The notes under the pieces are model-generated. The model made no database searches and had not been told where the DNA came from. It saw only the letters and a program-made list of their open reading frames with translations. Shown here one piece after another: positions 17,938 to 28,591 of a DNA stretch of 49,821 nt. The translations under genes were made by a program, and so were the position numbers. Position 1 is the first letter of the stretch; the number at the start of each line of letters is the position of its first letter. The stretch is taken from the sequence record SRR31156797_144. One strand, given 5' to 3'.

Positions 17938-19062
17938 TTAAGGTCTCAATAATTTAACCAACTTCAAGCCTAAATCAAGAAATACAATCTTCGCATTTGC
18001 ATTTCTTTCGATATCTGCATAGGCTTTTGAAAGTTCATCAGAAATCATCCAAACATTTTCCTCATTTATAAATGGAGAAAATCGTTGTGAGAAATTCATT
18101 TCCTCTCCACTTAAATAAACCATTTTAGGTTGTTTTAAATTAAGAATGAAATTCTCTCGAATCATTCGAACGCAATAATTCAAAAACCCCTTTTGTCTTT
18201 CTCGTCCAATTGACGAAATATCTTCAGCCCATTCCATAATATCCATCACTTTGCGAGCGTAGCAATGACGCATTATGGCAACAAAATTTTCAAAATTGAA
18301 AGCATTGTCTTCTGAGTTTTCAATTAAGATTCTTGCTTTTCTATAGCTCCCTTCAGACAAACGAACAACATTTTCCAGTTCTTGTGTCGATAAGTTGAAT
18401 TCTTTATCGACTGCCTGTGATAAAGCTTCGGATGCTATTGGTGGGATTTTTACCAATTGTGTTCTGGATAAAATGGTTTGAATGATTTTTTCAGGCTCTT
18501 CAGCAACCATAAAAAACAATGTTTTTGCCGGTGGTTCCTCAATCATTTTCAACAATTTATTGGCACATGAAGTATGCATTTTTTCTGGCAACCAAATGAT
18601 CATTATTTTGTATTCTGACTCATAAGTTTTTAGATTCAACTTTCTAATGATCTCATTACTTTCAGTAGAATAAATCATTCCTTGTGCGTTATCAACGCCA
18701 ATAGTTCTGTACCAATCTCCAATATCAAAATAAGGATCAGTAAAAATCTGTGTTCGCCAGGAATCAATAAAATTATCGCTTACCGGATTTGTAAAACCTT
18801 TCCCTTTAACAACAGGAAATACAAAGTGTAAATCGGGGTGAATTAATTTTTCGTATTTCTTGCAGGAAGAACAAACACCACAAGAATCATTGTCTTTTCT
18901 ATCGAGACATGAAACGTATTGCGCAAAAGCAATAGCCATAGAGAGTTTACCGACTCCTTTTGGTCCAATTAGCAATTGTGCATGACTAACTCTGTTTTCT
19001 TTTACTGTTTGAATGAAACGTTGCTTTACAGCATCGTGACCATATATATTTTTGAATTGCAT
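17938..19062 (-). CDS. holB: DNA polymerase III delta' subunit
   Basis: SHAQLLIGPKGVGK, CGVCSSC Zn motif, HPDLH, ANKLLKMIEEPP, TILSRTQ. -7 element TATTTTTG near 19142-19149 (-). Confidence 0.93.
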   Translation of the reverse strand: MQFKNIYGHDAVKQRFIQTVKENRVSHAQLLIGPKGVGKLSMAIAFAQYVSCLDRKDNDSCGVCSSCKKYEKLIHPDLHFVFPVVKGKGFTNPVSDNFIDSWRTQIFTDPYFDIGDWYRTIGVDNAQGMIYSTESNEIIRKLNLKTYESEYKIMIIWLPEKMHTSCANKLLKMIEEPPAKTLFFMVAEEPEKIIQTILSRTQLVKIPPIASEALSQAVDKEFNLSTQELENVVRLSEGSYRKARILIENSEDNAFNFENFVAIMRHCYARKVMDIMEWAEDISSIGRERQKGFLNYCVRMIRENFILNLKQPKMVYLSGEEMNFSQRFSPFINEENVWMISDELSKAYADIERNANAKIVFLDLGLKLVKLLRP

Positions 19063-19408
19063 GAAATTGTGTTCTGTTCTGATTTAGAAGCATTCCTGTA
19101 TAAAATAGCACATCCATTTTATCACAAACCTGAATTGATTGCAAAAATACATCAGGGTATCCAAAGTTAAAAAAATATACAAGAGCTTTATCAAATTCAT
19201 TTATTATAGATTGGAAAGTGAAAAAAATGACGTTTTTAAGGACAAATACGAATGATGAAAAATTTATGCAATCGTTTCAAAACCATAGAAATTACACCGT
19301 AACAATCTAAATTACTTTGCATTAAGATAGTTCAGCCTTTCTTTTTTGCAGCAATTTGAATAAAAACATACCTTTGTTTGGTAAGAAAAAAACTAAAGAT
19401 TATTTCCA

Positions 19409-20596
19409 ATGCAAACAATTGATTCATACAATTTTTCAGGAAAAAAGGCTATTATCCGAGTGGATTTCAACGTGCCTTTGAACGACCAGTTCGAAATTAC
19501 TGATGACACACGTATCCGTGCTGCTCTTCCAACTATCAAAAAAGTATTAGATGGAAACGGTTCTGTTATTCTAATGTCTCACCTTGGAAGACCAAAAGGT
19601 GTTGATGAAAAATTCTCGTTGAAACACATCGTTGCTCACCTTTCTAAATCAATAGGTGTTGACGTTAAATTTGCAGATGATTGTATTGGCGAAAGCGCTA
19701 AGACAATGGCTGCTGATTTAAAGGATGGTGAAGTTTTACTTCTTGAAAACCTTAGATTTTACGATGAAGAGAAAAAAGGTGACGAGGCATTTGCTAAAAA
19801 ATTAGCTGATCTGGCTGACCTTTGGATCAATGATGCGTTTGGAACAGCTCACCGTGCTCACGCTTCTACTGCTGTGATTGCAAAATTCTTCCCTAACGAC
19901 AAAATGTTCGGTTATGTAATGGAAGGTGAATTGTCAAGCGTTGATAAGGTATTGAAAGATACTAAACGTCCATTAACTGCAATTATGGGTGGTGCTAAAG
20001 TATCTTCAAAAATCGAAATTATTCAAACTTTAATGCCTAAAGTTGATCACCTAATTATTGGTGGTGGTATGACTTATACTTTTGTGAAAGCTATGGGCGG
20101 AAGCATCGGTAACTCATTGGTTGAAGATGATAAGTTAGAAATTGCAAGAGAAATTTTAAGTGCTGCTGAAAAAAATGATGTTAAACTTCATTTGGCTACT
20201 GACGCTTTAATTGCTGATGATTTCTCGAACGATGCAAACACTAAAGAATGTAATGTTTCTGAAATTCCAGCTGACTGGATGGGCTTAGATGTTGCTACAG
20301 AAACTATCGCTAACTTTTCAAAAGTGATTGAAGAATCGGAAACAATTCTTTGGAATGGTCCTGTTGGCGTATTCGAAATGGATACTTTTGCTAAAGGAAC
20401 TAAAGCAATTGCTGATGCAATTGTAACTGCTACTGAAAAAGGTGCTTTCTCTCTTATTGGTGGTGGTGATTCTGTTGCTGCTATCAACAAGTACAATTTA
20501 GCTGATAAAGTAAGCTATGTTTCTACTGGTGGTGGAGCTCTTCTTGAGTATATTGAAGGTAAAGAACTTCCTGGTGTAACTTCTATCAGAGGTTAA
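19409..20596 (+). CDS. pgk: Phosphoglycerate kinase
   Basis: [50 protein letters not shown]. -7 element TACCTTTG at 19369-19376. Confidence 0.99.
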   Translation: MQTIDSYNFSGKKAIIRVDFNVPLNDQFEITDDTRIRAALPTIKKVLDGNGSVILMSHLGRPKGVDEKFSLKHIVAHLSKSIGVDVKFADDCIGESAKTMAADLKDGEVLLLENLRFYDEEKKGDEAFAKKLADLADLWINDAFGTAHRAHASTAVIAKFFPNDKMFGYVMEGELSSVDKVLKDTKRPLTAIMGGAKVSSKIEIIQTLMPKVDHLIIGGGMTYTFVKAMGGSIGNSLVEDDKLEIAREILSAAEKNDVKLHLATDALIADDFSNDANTKECNVSEIPADWMGLDVATETIANFSKVIEESETILWNGPVGVFEMDTFAKGTKAIADAIVTATEKGAFSLIGGGDSVAAINKYNLADKVSYVSTGGGALLEYIEGKELPGVTSIRG

Positions 20597-20628
20597 TCTC
20601 CAATAAAGTACAATCCCTTTGGGATACC

Positions 20629-20657
20629 AAAAAGCGGTCTTTCTAGGCTGCTTTTTT
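20629..20657 (+). terminator. Intrinsic terminator after pgk
   Basis: AAGCGGTCT-TTCT-AGGCTGCTT stem (G.U pairs work on +) followed by a T-run. Confidence 0.8.
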
Positions 20658-20729
20658 ATTTTTAATTAGTTGACTTAAACAAAAATTTTTATTTTTCGTA
20701 GTATTATTCTAAGCCACTTACATTCTACT

Positions 20730-23700
20730 ATGAAAAAAATTCTACTTACACTAGCAATTACAGTTATTTGTTTATTACTACTGTTAAGCAAAAATTCACA
20801 TGCCCAGGTTGATAGCATTCACTATATCCCACCAATGTGCTCATTTTCGAGCCATAGCTCGAATGTTCAGGACCACAGATTAGTGCTTACAACATCAGAA
20901 ACAACCGCCTTTGATGTAACAATAAAAAACAATGACGGAACTTTTTCACATACTGTAAGCCTATCGAGTTCTAATCCGCAAAAAATCAGTTTAAATTATT
21001 CTGCTTATACTTCAAGTACAAACAACACACCTGCAAGTGGTTTAGGCTCGCAGGGGGTAATTGGTGCTACCCAATTAAATAATATATTAGATATAGAAGG
21101 GCTAATTGTAACGGGTCCAAAAAAATTCTTTGTTAGTATTCAGCAAAAATCAGGAGCGCAGGGCGATTTACTTACTTCCAAGGGTACCACGGGTTTAGGA
21201 ACAGACTTTTACAGTGGTCACATGTACTCTTCAAAAGGTGGCTACGATCAGTACAATGGACATTTTATTGGTGTCATGGCAACTGAGAATAATACCAATA
21301 TAACTTTCGACAATCCTAATGTTCTTTTCTCAGGACAAACGTCAAATACATTTACCTTGAGTTTAAACAAAGGTCAATCTGCAGTTATTGGAGTTAGTGT
21401 AAACGATATTAAATCACAACAAGGTTCAACTAAAAACCTGAATGTCGTAAATGGAACTCACATAATTTCCAATAAACCTATTGCTGTAAATTCTGGTTCA
21501 TGGTGTGCCTCTGGTTTTGCAAGCTCTAGTCCTGGACGTGATGTTGGATTTGATCAATTGGTTCCAACTGAGGTTGTGGGTAAAGAATATATTGTAATAA
21601 AAGGTGAAGGTTATAGTGGTGGGGCTAAAGACAATGAGCGAGCATTAATAATTGCAACTGAAGATAATACAAAAGTATATGTAAAAGGAAATTCATCACC
21701 AAGTGCAACTCTTGACAAAGGAGAATACTACTTTACCAAATACTCGGATTATGGAACAAACAAAAACTTATACATACGTTCAGATAAAAAGATTTTTTGT
21801 TATCAAACACTATCAGGAGCAAACAAAAAACAAACCGCCGGTTTGTGTTTTATACCTCCTTTAAAATGTACCGCAGACAAAGAGGTTACAATAGCTTTTA
21901 CGAACAAACTTTCCAGCTTACCTGTAAACCCAATTTTAAAATTAGTCACCCAATCAGGATCACAAATACAGCTAAATGGGAAAAATCTTCAAAATGCATC
22001 TACTTACCGAAAAACAGTTCCAGGAAACACCTATTGGGAAACCTACAATATTCCTAAATCTGAGCTTACTAAGGATATATATGAAAAAGGCTCCAATTGG
22101 ATTTTTGACATATCTTCTACAAGTGCATTAAACGTAATGCTGGCTGTTGAAAGTAATAATGTTGGTGGTGGAGGCTTTTTCTCAGGATTCGGGGATATAC
22201 CACAAATTGATCAAAATCCTGAAATTGCTGAACAAGGCTTATGTGGTGATAATGTAGTATTAACTGCAACTGGTTTTACAAACTACAATTGGTACAAAGA
22301 TGGAACTATTATTTCTGCGAATGATGATGCCACCTATGAACCATTTGAGCCCGGTAGATATAAAGTAACTGGTTTATCTCCTTGTGGAGCATCGACAACC
22401 GAATCATTCCCTTCAAACGAAATTCGAATTCTACCTTGTCTGTCTGTAACAACTACAAATATAACAGTAACTGAAGGAAGTGATCTTAATGCAGTATTTA
22501 GAGTTGAGTTATCTCACCCCTGGTTAGCTAGTGATAATGTTGATGTTACTTTTAAATATCAAACCAATGCAGGAACTGCTGCCAGTGGAAAAGATTATAC
22601 ACCAAAATCTGGTACCGGTACGATAACATCAGGTGAGAGTTCTATTGAAATTTCAGTCCCAATCACTAATGATATTTTAAATGAAAATGATGAAGATTTT
22701 ACATTAACTATTAATGATGTAACTGACGCCGTTGAAAGCATAGTATCAGGAACTGCTACAATTAAAGATGACAATGATCCTCTTCCAATTATTTCTGTTA
22801 CTAATCAAACTTATAATGAAGATGCAGGAACAGTAAATTTACCTGTTAGCTTAAATACCAAAAGTGGCAAAACAGTAAGTGTAAATTATACTTTGTCTGA
22901 CATTACAGCCACTCATCCAAATGATTACACATCTGCAATCTACAGCGGAAACATGAGTTTTGATCCGGGAGAAAAAGATAAAACTCTTAGCGTTTCAATA
23001 ATTGACGACAACATATATGAACCAGGAACCAATGAATATTTCGATTTGCAGTTAAGTAATCTTAGCAATACATCGGCTGGCAATACAAATGCAAGCATAT
23101 CCATAATCGACAATGACGGAATGCCAACTATAACAGTTTCAGATGTTGGTGAAGTTGAAGGAACAAATATTGTGTTCCAGGCGGCACTTAACCATACAGC
23201 AAATGTAGACATTACCTTCGATTATCAAATAGCATTAAGTACTGGACCAACCAACGCAAAACAAAATGATTTTATAAATTACTCATCATTCTCTACAGGA
23301 ACCATCACAATTCCAGCAGGAAGTACTTCGGTAAATTTCCCAGCCTTTGTTACACAAGATGATAATGCAAATGAGCAAACCGAAGCCTTCGTTGTTAACT
23401 TTTCATCGGTAAACAATGCATTGCTTGGAAATACCTCAGCAAATGGAACCATTTTAGATAATGAAGGGAATCCCACTCTTTCTATTTCAAATACGTCAGC
23501 TACTGAAGGAAATACATTAAATTTTACAATATCAGTAAGCCCGGTAAGAAGTTCTGATATTACTTTCGATTATAGAACCTTAAATGGAACTGCGGAATCG
23601 CCTGCAGATTTTAATGGCAACGGTTGGACATCCATATCCTTGCCTGCAAATCAATCTAACATAACTCTTAGCATTCCAACTGTTCAGGACACTGAGGAAG

Positions 23701-25709
23701 AAGGAAATGAAACTTTTACCGTTGAAATTGGAAATCCGCCAAATAAGGTTGAAATAGGTATCAGTCAGGCAACAGGAACAATTCTTGATGATGATGATAC
23801 TCCGGATGCACGTAATGATAACTTCACCCTTGATGAAGATGCTATTTTATCAAACAATGTAATGTCAAATGATCTAGGACTTGGCGATCCTCCCGTTTTA
23901 GTAATCAATAACACTGATCCAGCAAATGGAAATCTTGTAATTAACAACGATGGTAGTTTCACCTACACACCAACTGCTAACTATAACGGCAGCGATTCTT
24001 TCCAATATACAATTGAAGATATTGATGGAGATCAATCAACTGCCACAGTTAGCATTACTGTAAATCCAATTAATGATTTACCAATTGCCAATAACGATAC
24101 CTATTCAACTCCTGAAGACACAGCTCTTAATGATGATGTGAGTAGCAATGATCAGAACTTATTTGATCAGCCGATTAGTTATTCTTTAGTTAGCGATGTG
24201 AGTAATGGTAGTCTTACTCTTAATACTAATGGCACATTTACCTATACTCCAAATTCGGAATATTTTGGAACAGATGGTTTCACCTACAAACTAACAGATG
24301 GAAATGGAGATGCAGTACAGGCAAGTGCAAGTATAAACGTAATTTTTAATAATGATGCTGCACCTGTTGCGAATAACGACAACACCTCAACAAATGAAGA
24401 TACAGCCGTTACCATTGATGTTCTGGCAAACGATACCGACATTGATGGCAATCAAACCATTGATAAAGCAAGTGTACTTGTTCAATCTGGTCCCGCAAAT
24501 GGTAGTCTTTCGCAAAATTTTATCACCGGCGAAGTTACTTATACTCCCAATAACAACTATACCGGTTCAGATAGTTTCACTTATACAATAAAAGATAATT
24601 CATTGGCAGAATCAAATACAGCAACAGTTTCCATTAATGTAACTGTAGATAATGATCCACCAGTAGCAATATGTAAAAGTGGTGTAACCAAATATTTGGA
24701 TGCTTCAGGATCATACACACTCACAGCTGACGAAATAGATAATGGATCGAACGATGATAATGATGGTGGTACGGTAAGCTTATCTGTTTCTCCAAATACA
24801 TTCGATTGCTCGGATAAAGGAATTGTAACTGTAACCTTAACGGTAACTGACGAAGATTTATCGAGTACAACTTGTACCAGTGCTATAACTATTGCAGACA
24901 ATAGCAATCCTACAATCAAAACAACGCAAGAAAATATCACCTTACCTGCTGAAGCTGGAATTTGTGGAGCAATAGTTAACTATACTGGTCCCGTTTTCAC
25001 TGATAACTGCGATGGAGATCAAAGCGGAACATTAATTGCCGGATTGTCAAGTGGTTCAAACTTCCCGGTTGGAATCACTACTGTTACTTATGAATATACC
25101 GATGCTTCTGGAAATGGACCAATTCAATCCATCTTTACTGTAACAATAACTGATAATGAGAACCCTAAACTAAATAACACTACGGACAGAAACTTAAATC
25201 CAAACACAAGTGGATGCCAATATATTGTAAGTGGAACAACTTTCGATATTACTGCTACAGATAATTGTGGAATAAATTCGATTACTCACAATTACGATGG
25301 TGGAGGCAATAGTTTAAATGGTAAATCATTTCCCTTAGGAATCTCCAATATAACATGGACAGTGGAAGATATACACTCAAATATTTCCACTCATATAGTT
25401 CAGGTTACTGTTCTGTCAAATTTAAGTGCATCCATTTCCGGACCAACCGGTAATTCATCTTGCGAAGGAGAAGATGCAATATTTACAGCTACAGCCGCAA
25501 ATGGCAATCTGGGCTACACTTATAAGTTTTTTGTTAATGGAACTGAAGTTACATCTGGAGTATCGGGCAATACGTTTACAATAAATAGCTTAACAGATGG
25601 AGATTTAGTTAAAACAAAAATAACTGACACAAATGGCTGCGAAATAGAGAGTAACGAGATTTTAATGACAATTTATCCAAAACCAAAACCGATTCTATAT
25701 CACGAATAA
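20730..25709 (+). CDS. Large secreted adhesin-like protein: IgGFc-binding-like N-domain, about 4 Calx-beta, about 3 Ig/cadherin-like (Big_9-type), HYR-like domains
   Basis: Signal peptide. GTHIISNKPIAVNSG/FDQLVP/IIATEDNT (IgGFc-binding N-term); repeated V.Y.T..GTA....DY / I.DD..E..E.F units (Calx-beta); P.A.ND....ED...V..ND...NG.L.....G.FTYTP..NY.G.DSF.Y units; TDNC...SGSNFPVGITTVTY...DASGN (HYR). Confidence 0.8.
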   Translation: MKKILLTLAITVICLLLLLSKNSHAQVDSIHYIPPMCSFSSHSSNVQDHRLVLTTSETTAFDVTIKNNDGTFSHTVSLSSSNPQKISLNYSAYTSSTNNTPASGLGSQGVIGATQLNNILDIEGLIVTGPKKFFVSIQQKSGAQGDLLTSKGTTGLGTDFYSGHMYSSKGGYDQYNGHFIGVMATENNTNITFDNPNVLFSGQTSNTFTLSLNKGQSAVIGVSVNDIKSQQGSTKNLNVVNGTHIISNKPIAVNSGSWCASGFASSSPGRDVGFDQLVPTEVVGKEYIVIKGEGYSGGAKDNERALIIATEDNTKVYVKGNSSPSATLDKGEYYFTKYSDYGTNKNLYIRSDKKIFCYQTLSGANKKQTAGLCFIPPLKCTADKEVTIAFTNKLSSLPVNPILKLVTQSGSQIQLNGKNLQNASTYRKTVPGNTYWETYNIPKSELTKDIYEKGSNWIFDISSTSALNVMLAVESNNVGGGGFFSGFGDIPQIDQNPEIAEQGLCGDNVVLTATGFTNYNWYKDGTIISANDDATYEPFEPGRYKVTGLSPCGASTTESFPSNEIRILPCLSVTTTNITVTEGSDLNAVFRVELSHPWLASDNVDVTFKYQTNAGTAASGKDYTPKSGTGTITSGESSIEISVPITNDILNENDEDFTLTINDVTDAVESIVSGTATIKDDNDPLPIISVTNQTYNEDAGTVNLPVSLNTKSGKTVSVNYTLSDITATHPNDYTSAIYSGNMSFDPGEKDKTLSVSIIDDNIYEPGTNEYFDLQLSNLSNTSAGNTNASISIIDNDGMPTITVSDVGEVEGTNIVFQAALNHTANVDITFDYQIALSTGPTNAKQNDFINYSSFSTGTITIPAGSTSVNFPAFVTQDDNANEQTEAFVVNFSSVNNALLGNTSANGTILDNEGNPTLSISNTSATEGNTLNFTISVSPVRSSDITFDYRTLNGTAESPADFNGNGWTSISLPANQSNITLSIPTVQDTEEEGNETFTVEIGNPPNKVEIGISQATGTILDDDDTPDARNDNFTLDEDAILSNNVMSNDLGLGDPPVLVINNTDPANGNLVINNDGSFTYTPTANYNGSDSFQYTIEDIDGDQSTATVSITVNPINDLPIANNDTYSTPEDTALNDDVSSNDQNLFDQPISYSLVSDVSNGSLTLNTNGTFTYTPNSEYFGTDGFTYKLTDGNGDAVQASASINVIFNNDAAPVANNDNTSTNEDTAVTIDVLANDTDIDGNQTIDKASVLVQSGPANGSLSQNFITGEVTYTPNNNYTGSDSFTYTIKDNSLAESNTATVSINVTVDNDPPVAICKSGVTKYLDASGSYTLTADEIDNGSNDDNDGGTVSLSVSPNTFDCSDKGIVTVTLTVTDEDLSSTTCTSAITIADNSNPTIKTTQENITLPAEAGICGAIVNYTGPVFTDNCDGDQSGTLIAGLSSGSNFPVGITTVTYEYTDASGNGPIQSIFTVTITDNENPKLNNTTDRNLNPNTSGCQYIVSGTTFDITATDNCGINSITHNYDGGGNSLNGKSFPLGISNITWTVEDIHSNISTHIVQVTVLSNLSASISGPTGNSSCEGEDAIFTATAANGNLGYTYKFFVNGTEVTSGVSGNTFTINSLTDGDLVKTKITDTNGCEIESNEILMTIYPKPKPILYHE

Positions 25710-25718
25710 AATAGAAGG

Positions 25719-25750
25719 AAAACGACTGATATAGATCAGTCGTTTTTTTT
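25719..25750 (+). terminator. Intrinsic terminator after the adhesin gene
   Basis: AAAACGACTGAT-ATAG-ATCAGTCGTTTT perfect stem plus T8. Confidence 0.9.
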
Positions 25751-25777
25751 ATGATTTTACATTAACTTTGCACCATT

Positions 25778-26761
25778 ATGGATTGGAAAGAAAGGATATT
25801 CAACATATCAAACAATGAAGAATTTGAGAAACTTACTATAGAGATTTTTCAATATCAAGCTAAAAATAATAAAGTTTACAAAGAATATTTACATCATCTA
25901 AATTGCAATATCAATAGTGTAAATCAAATTTGTCAGATTCCTTTTCTTCCCATTGAGTTTTTTAAATCACATAATATAACCTCTACTTCAGTTACTGCTA
26001 AAGCGATTTTCACAAGCAGTGGAACCACAGGCTCATTAACCAGTCGTCATTTTGTTCCTGATTTGGGAATATATGAAGCTAGTTTCACGAAAGGATTTGA
26101 ACAATACTACCATTCGGTTAAGGATTACTGTATTCTTGCTCTTTTGCCCTCTTACCTTGAGAGAGAAGGTTCTTCATTAATCTATATGATGGAGCATATG
26201 ATAAAGGATAGCAACCACCCTAAAAGTGGTTTTTATCTTCACAATCATGAAGAACTAATCGCTACAATATCTGAACTAAAAAAATCCAATCAAAAAATAC
26301 TTTTATTGGGCGTTAGCTTTGCTCTTTTGGATTTAGCTGAAAAATATAAACTAGATTTCTCTGATGTAATTATAATGGAAACTGGCGGTATGAAAGGTCG
26401 TAGAAAAGAAATTACTCGAGAAGAATTACATGCCTTTTTATGCGATAGATTAAATGTTACTGAAATTCATTCAGAATACGGAATGACAGAATTGTTATCG
26501 CAAGCCTATTCGAAAGGAAACAGTTTGTTCCACACACCTTCGTGGATGAAAATAATGATTCGTGATACTTACGATCCTTTTTCGTTTGAGAAAATTGGCA
26601 GAAGTGGCGGAGTAAATGTAATCGATTTGGCAAATGTGCATTCTTGTGCATTCATTGAAACTCAAGATTTAGGTCGCATGCATACCGATGGTAGTTTTGA
26701 AATTTTAGGTAGGTTCGACCATTCGGATATTCGTGGCTGTAATCTATTAATTAACGAATAA
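25778..26761 (+). CDS. LuxE/PaaK-like acyl-protein synthetase family protein
   Basis: IPFLPIEFFK, FTSSGTTG (adenylate-forming P-loop), METGGMKG, SEYGMTEL, IETQDLG, FEILGR...RGC. Confidence 0.85.
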   Translation: MDWKERIFNISNNEEFEKLTIEIFQYQAKNNKVYKEYLHHLNCNINSVNQICQIPFLPIEFFKSHNITSTSVTAKAIFTSSGTTGSLTSRHFVPDLGIYEASFTKGFEQYYHSVKDYCILALLPSYLEREGSSLIYMMEHMIKDSNHPKSGFYLHNHEELIATISELKKSNQKILLLGVSFALLDLAEKYKLDFSDVIIMETGGMKGRRKEITREELHAFLCDRLNVTEIHSEYGMTELLSQAYSKGNSLFHTPSWMKIMIRDTYDPFSFEKIGRSGGVNVIDLANVHSCAFIETQDLGRMHTDGSFEILGRFDHSDIRGCNLLINE

Positions 26762-26781
26762 TACCAATTCTCAAATAAAAA

Positions 26782-26829
26782 AACACCAAGCAGAGTTTAA
26801 ATGAATGTAAACTAACTCTGCCTGGCATT
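26782..26829 (-). terminator. Intrinsic terminator of the gal cluster
   Basis: Minus strand AATGCCAGGCAGAGTT-16 nt loop-AACTCTGCTTGGTGTT followed by a T-run; G.U pairs favour the minus strand. Confidence 0.7.
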
Positions 26830-26896
26830 ATATATTTCCCATTAACTGGAAAATTCTTATCTGTTATAAACTACTAACATATTTATACAATTTCCT

Positions 26897-28522
26897 TTAC
26901 CAGAAAATTGCATAAAGAACAACTAAAACAATCAGCAAAATATAAGCGCTAATATTAAATTTCTTACCTGTTGCAAAAGTTTCAGGTAATAATGGAATAC
27001 CTTTTTCGTCATCATCGCCTTTTCCTGTATTTAATGATACTCCAACTATAACAACCATTGTAATGATAAGAGTATATAGCATTTGATCTAAAAATGGCAT
27101 TTCAATTGGTAAGAATTTTAATGCTAGAGCAACTGGAATTGATGCCAATACACCAACAATAGCACCTTTCACATTGGTTTTTTTCCAGAATAATCCCATC
27201 AAAAATACAGCTAAAATACCAGGACTTACAACTCCCGTATATTCCTGAATATATTGAAACATTTGAGGAATTGATCCCATAGTATTTGCTAAAGCTGTAG
27301 CAACAAACAGAGCAATAATTACGGATAATCTTCCAACGCCAACTAATTGCTTGTTACCTGCGTTTTTATTTATATATGGTTTATAAATATCCATGGTAAA
27401 TATTGTCGCAGTTGAATTTAGCATAGATGCTAATGAAGATACAATTGCGGCTGATAATGCAGCAACAACTAATCCTTTCAATCCAACAGGTACAAAATTA
27501 CTAATCAACCAAGGATAAGCATGATCGTTATTTCCTGTTACAGCATCAGAAAATACACCTCCAGCTCCAGCAATATTCTCTTGATACATTACAAATGCAA
27601 TAATACCTGGAACTACAACAATTAAAGGAACAATTACCTTAAGAAAAGCTGCAAACGCAATACCACGTTGAGCCTCTTTTAATGATTTTGCCGCTAAAGC
27701 TCTCTGAATAATATATTGGTTAAATCCCCAATAATATAAGTTTGCGACCCACATTCCCCCAATTAACACAGCGATACCAGGCAAATTAGAAAATTCAGGA
27801 TTATCCTTTTTTAATATCATGTGAAATTTATCACTCGCAACATCAAAAATGTGAGACATTCCTGATATTGCACTTCCATCGGGAGTTACATGATTTAAAG
27901 CAATTACGGTAGTTACCAAACCTCCAATTACTAATAAAACTACTTGTATTACATCTGTCCAGGCAACAGCAGATAAACCACCCCATACGGAATATGCAGC
28001 TGCGAACAGTGCTAATCCAATCATAAAAGGAACAATGGATGCACCATCACCTACACCAAGAATAGTATCTAATGCTTTACCTCCTAAATACAGCACAGAG
28101 GTAAGATTTACAAATACAAAAAGTGCAATCCAAAAAACTGCTAAAATTGTCTTTAATGAAGTATTGAAACGTTTTTCTACGAATTCAGGAATTGTATATA
28201 ATCCTTGCTTTATGAATATTGGCAAAAAATATTTAGCTACAATAATTAGAGTAAGAGCTGCCATCCATTCGTAAGATGCAATAGCCAATCCCACTTTAAA
28301 ACCGGAACCTGACATACCAATAAATTGTTCGGCAGATATATTCGCTGCAATCAAAGAAGCACCAATTGCCCACCATGGTAATGTCTTTCCTGCTAAAAAA
28401 TAATCTTCTGCCGTTTTCTCTTCTCCTTTTTTAGTTCGAGATACAAACAATCCAACACCTATGATTATACAGGCATATAAGCCAAAAATAATATAATCTA
28501 GTATTTCAAAATTTCCATTCAT
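26897..28522 (-). CDS. Sodium/sugar symporter (SSS family, probably galactose)
   Basis: DYFLAGK.LPWWAIGASLIAANISAEQFIGMSGSG, YWGFNQYIIQRALAA, SSLASMLNS; co-oriented with galT/galK. ATG at 28522 preferred. Confidence 0.92.
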   Translation of the reverse strand: MNGNFEILDYIIFGLYACIIIGVGLFVSRTKKGEEKTAEDYFLAGKTLPWWAIGASLIAANISAEQFIGMSGSGFKVGLAIASYEWMAALTLIIVAKYFLPIFIKQGLYTIPEFVEKRFNTSLKTILAVFWIALFVFVNLTSVLYLGGKALDTILGVGDGASIVPFMIGLALFAAAYSVWGGLSAVAWTDVIQVVLLVIGGLVTTVIALNHVTPDGSAISGMSHIFDVASDKFHMILKKDNPEFSNLPGIAVLIGGMWVANLYYWGFNQYIIQRALAAKSLKEAQRGIAFAAFLKVIVPLIVVVPGIIAFVMYQENIAGAGGVFSDAVTGNNDHAYPWLISNFVPVGLKGLVVAALSAAIVSSLASMLNSTATIFTMDIYKPYINKNAGNKQLVGVGRLSVIIALFVATALANTMGSIPQMFQYIQEYTGVVSPGILAVFLMGLFWKKTNVKGAIVGVLASIPVALALKFLPIEMPFLDQMLYTLIITMVVIVGVSLNTGKGDDDEKGIPLLPETFATGKKFNISAYILLIVLVVLYAIFW

Positions 28523-28591
28523 AATATAATTTTTACTGTCGATTTCAAATCGATACAAATTAATAATTATTATATATATAATAATTTCTCT

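Noticed and set aside
19266-19280. LacI/cre-like TGCAATCGTTTCAA upstream of pgk
   Set aside because: Imperfect symmetry, single copy, and no LacI regulator nearby.
22440-24660. Repeats in the adhesin considered as a DNA repeat array or diversity-generating target
   Set aside because: Repeats are diverged at the protein-domain level; no near-identical DNA template/variable pair or reverse transcriptase was seen.
25778-26761. Bioluminescence (lux) operon
   Set aside because: Only a LuxE-like gene is present; no luxA/B/C/D.
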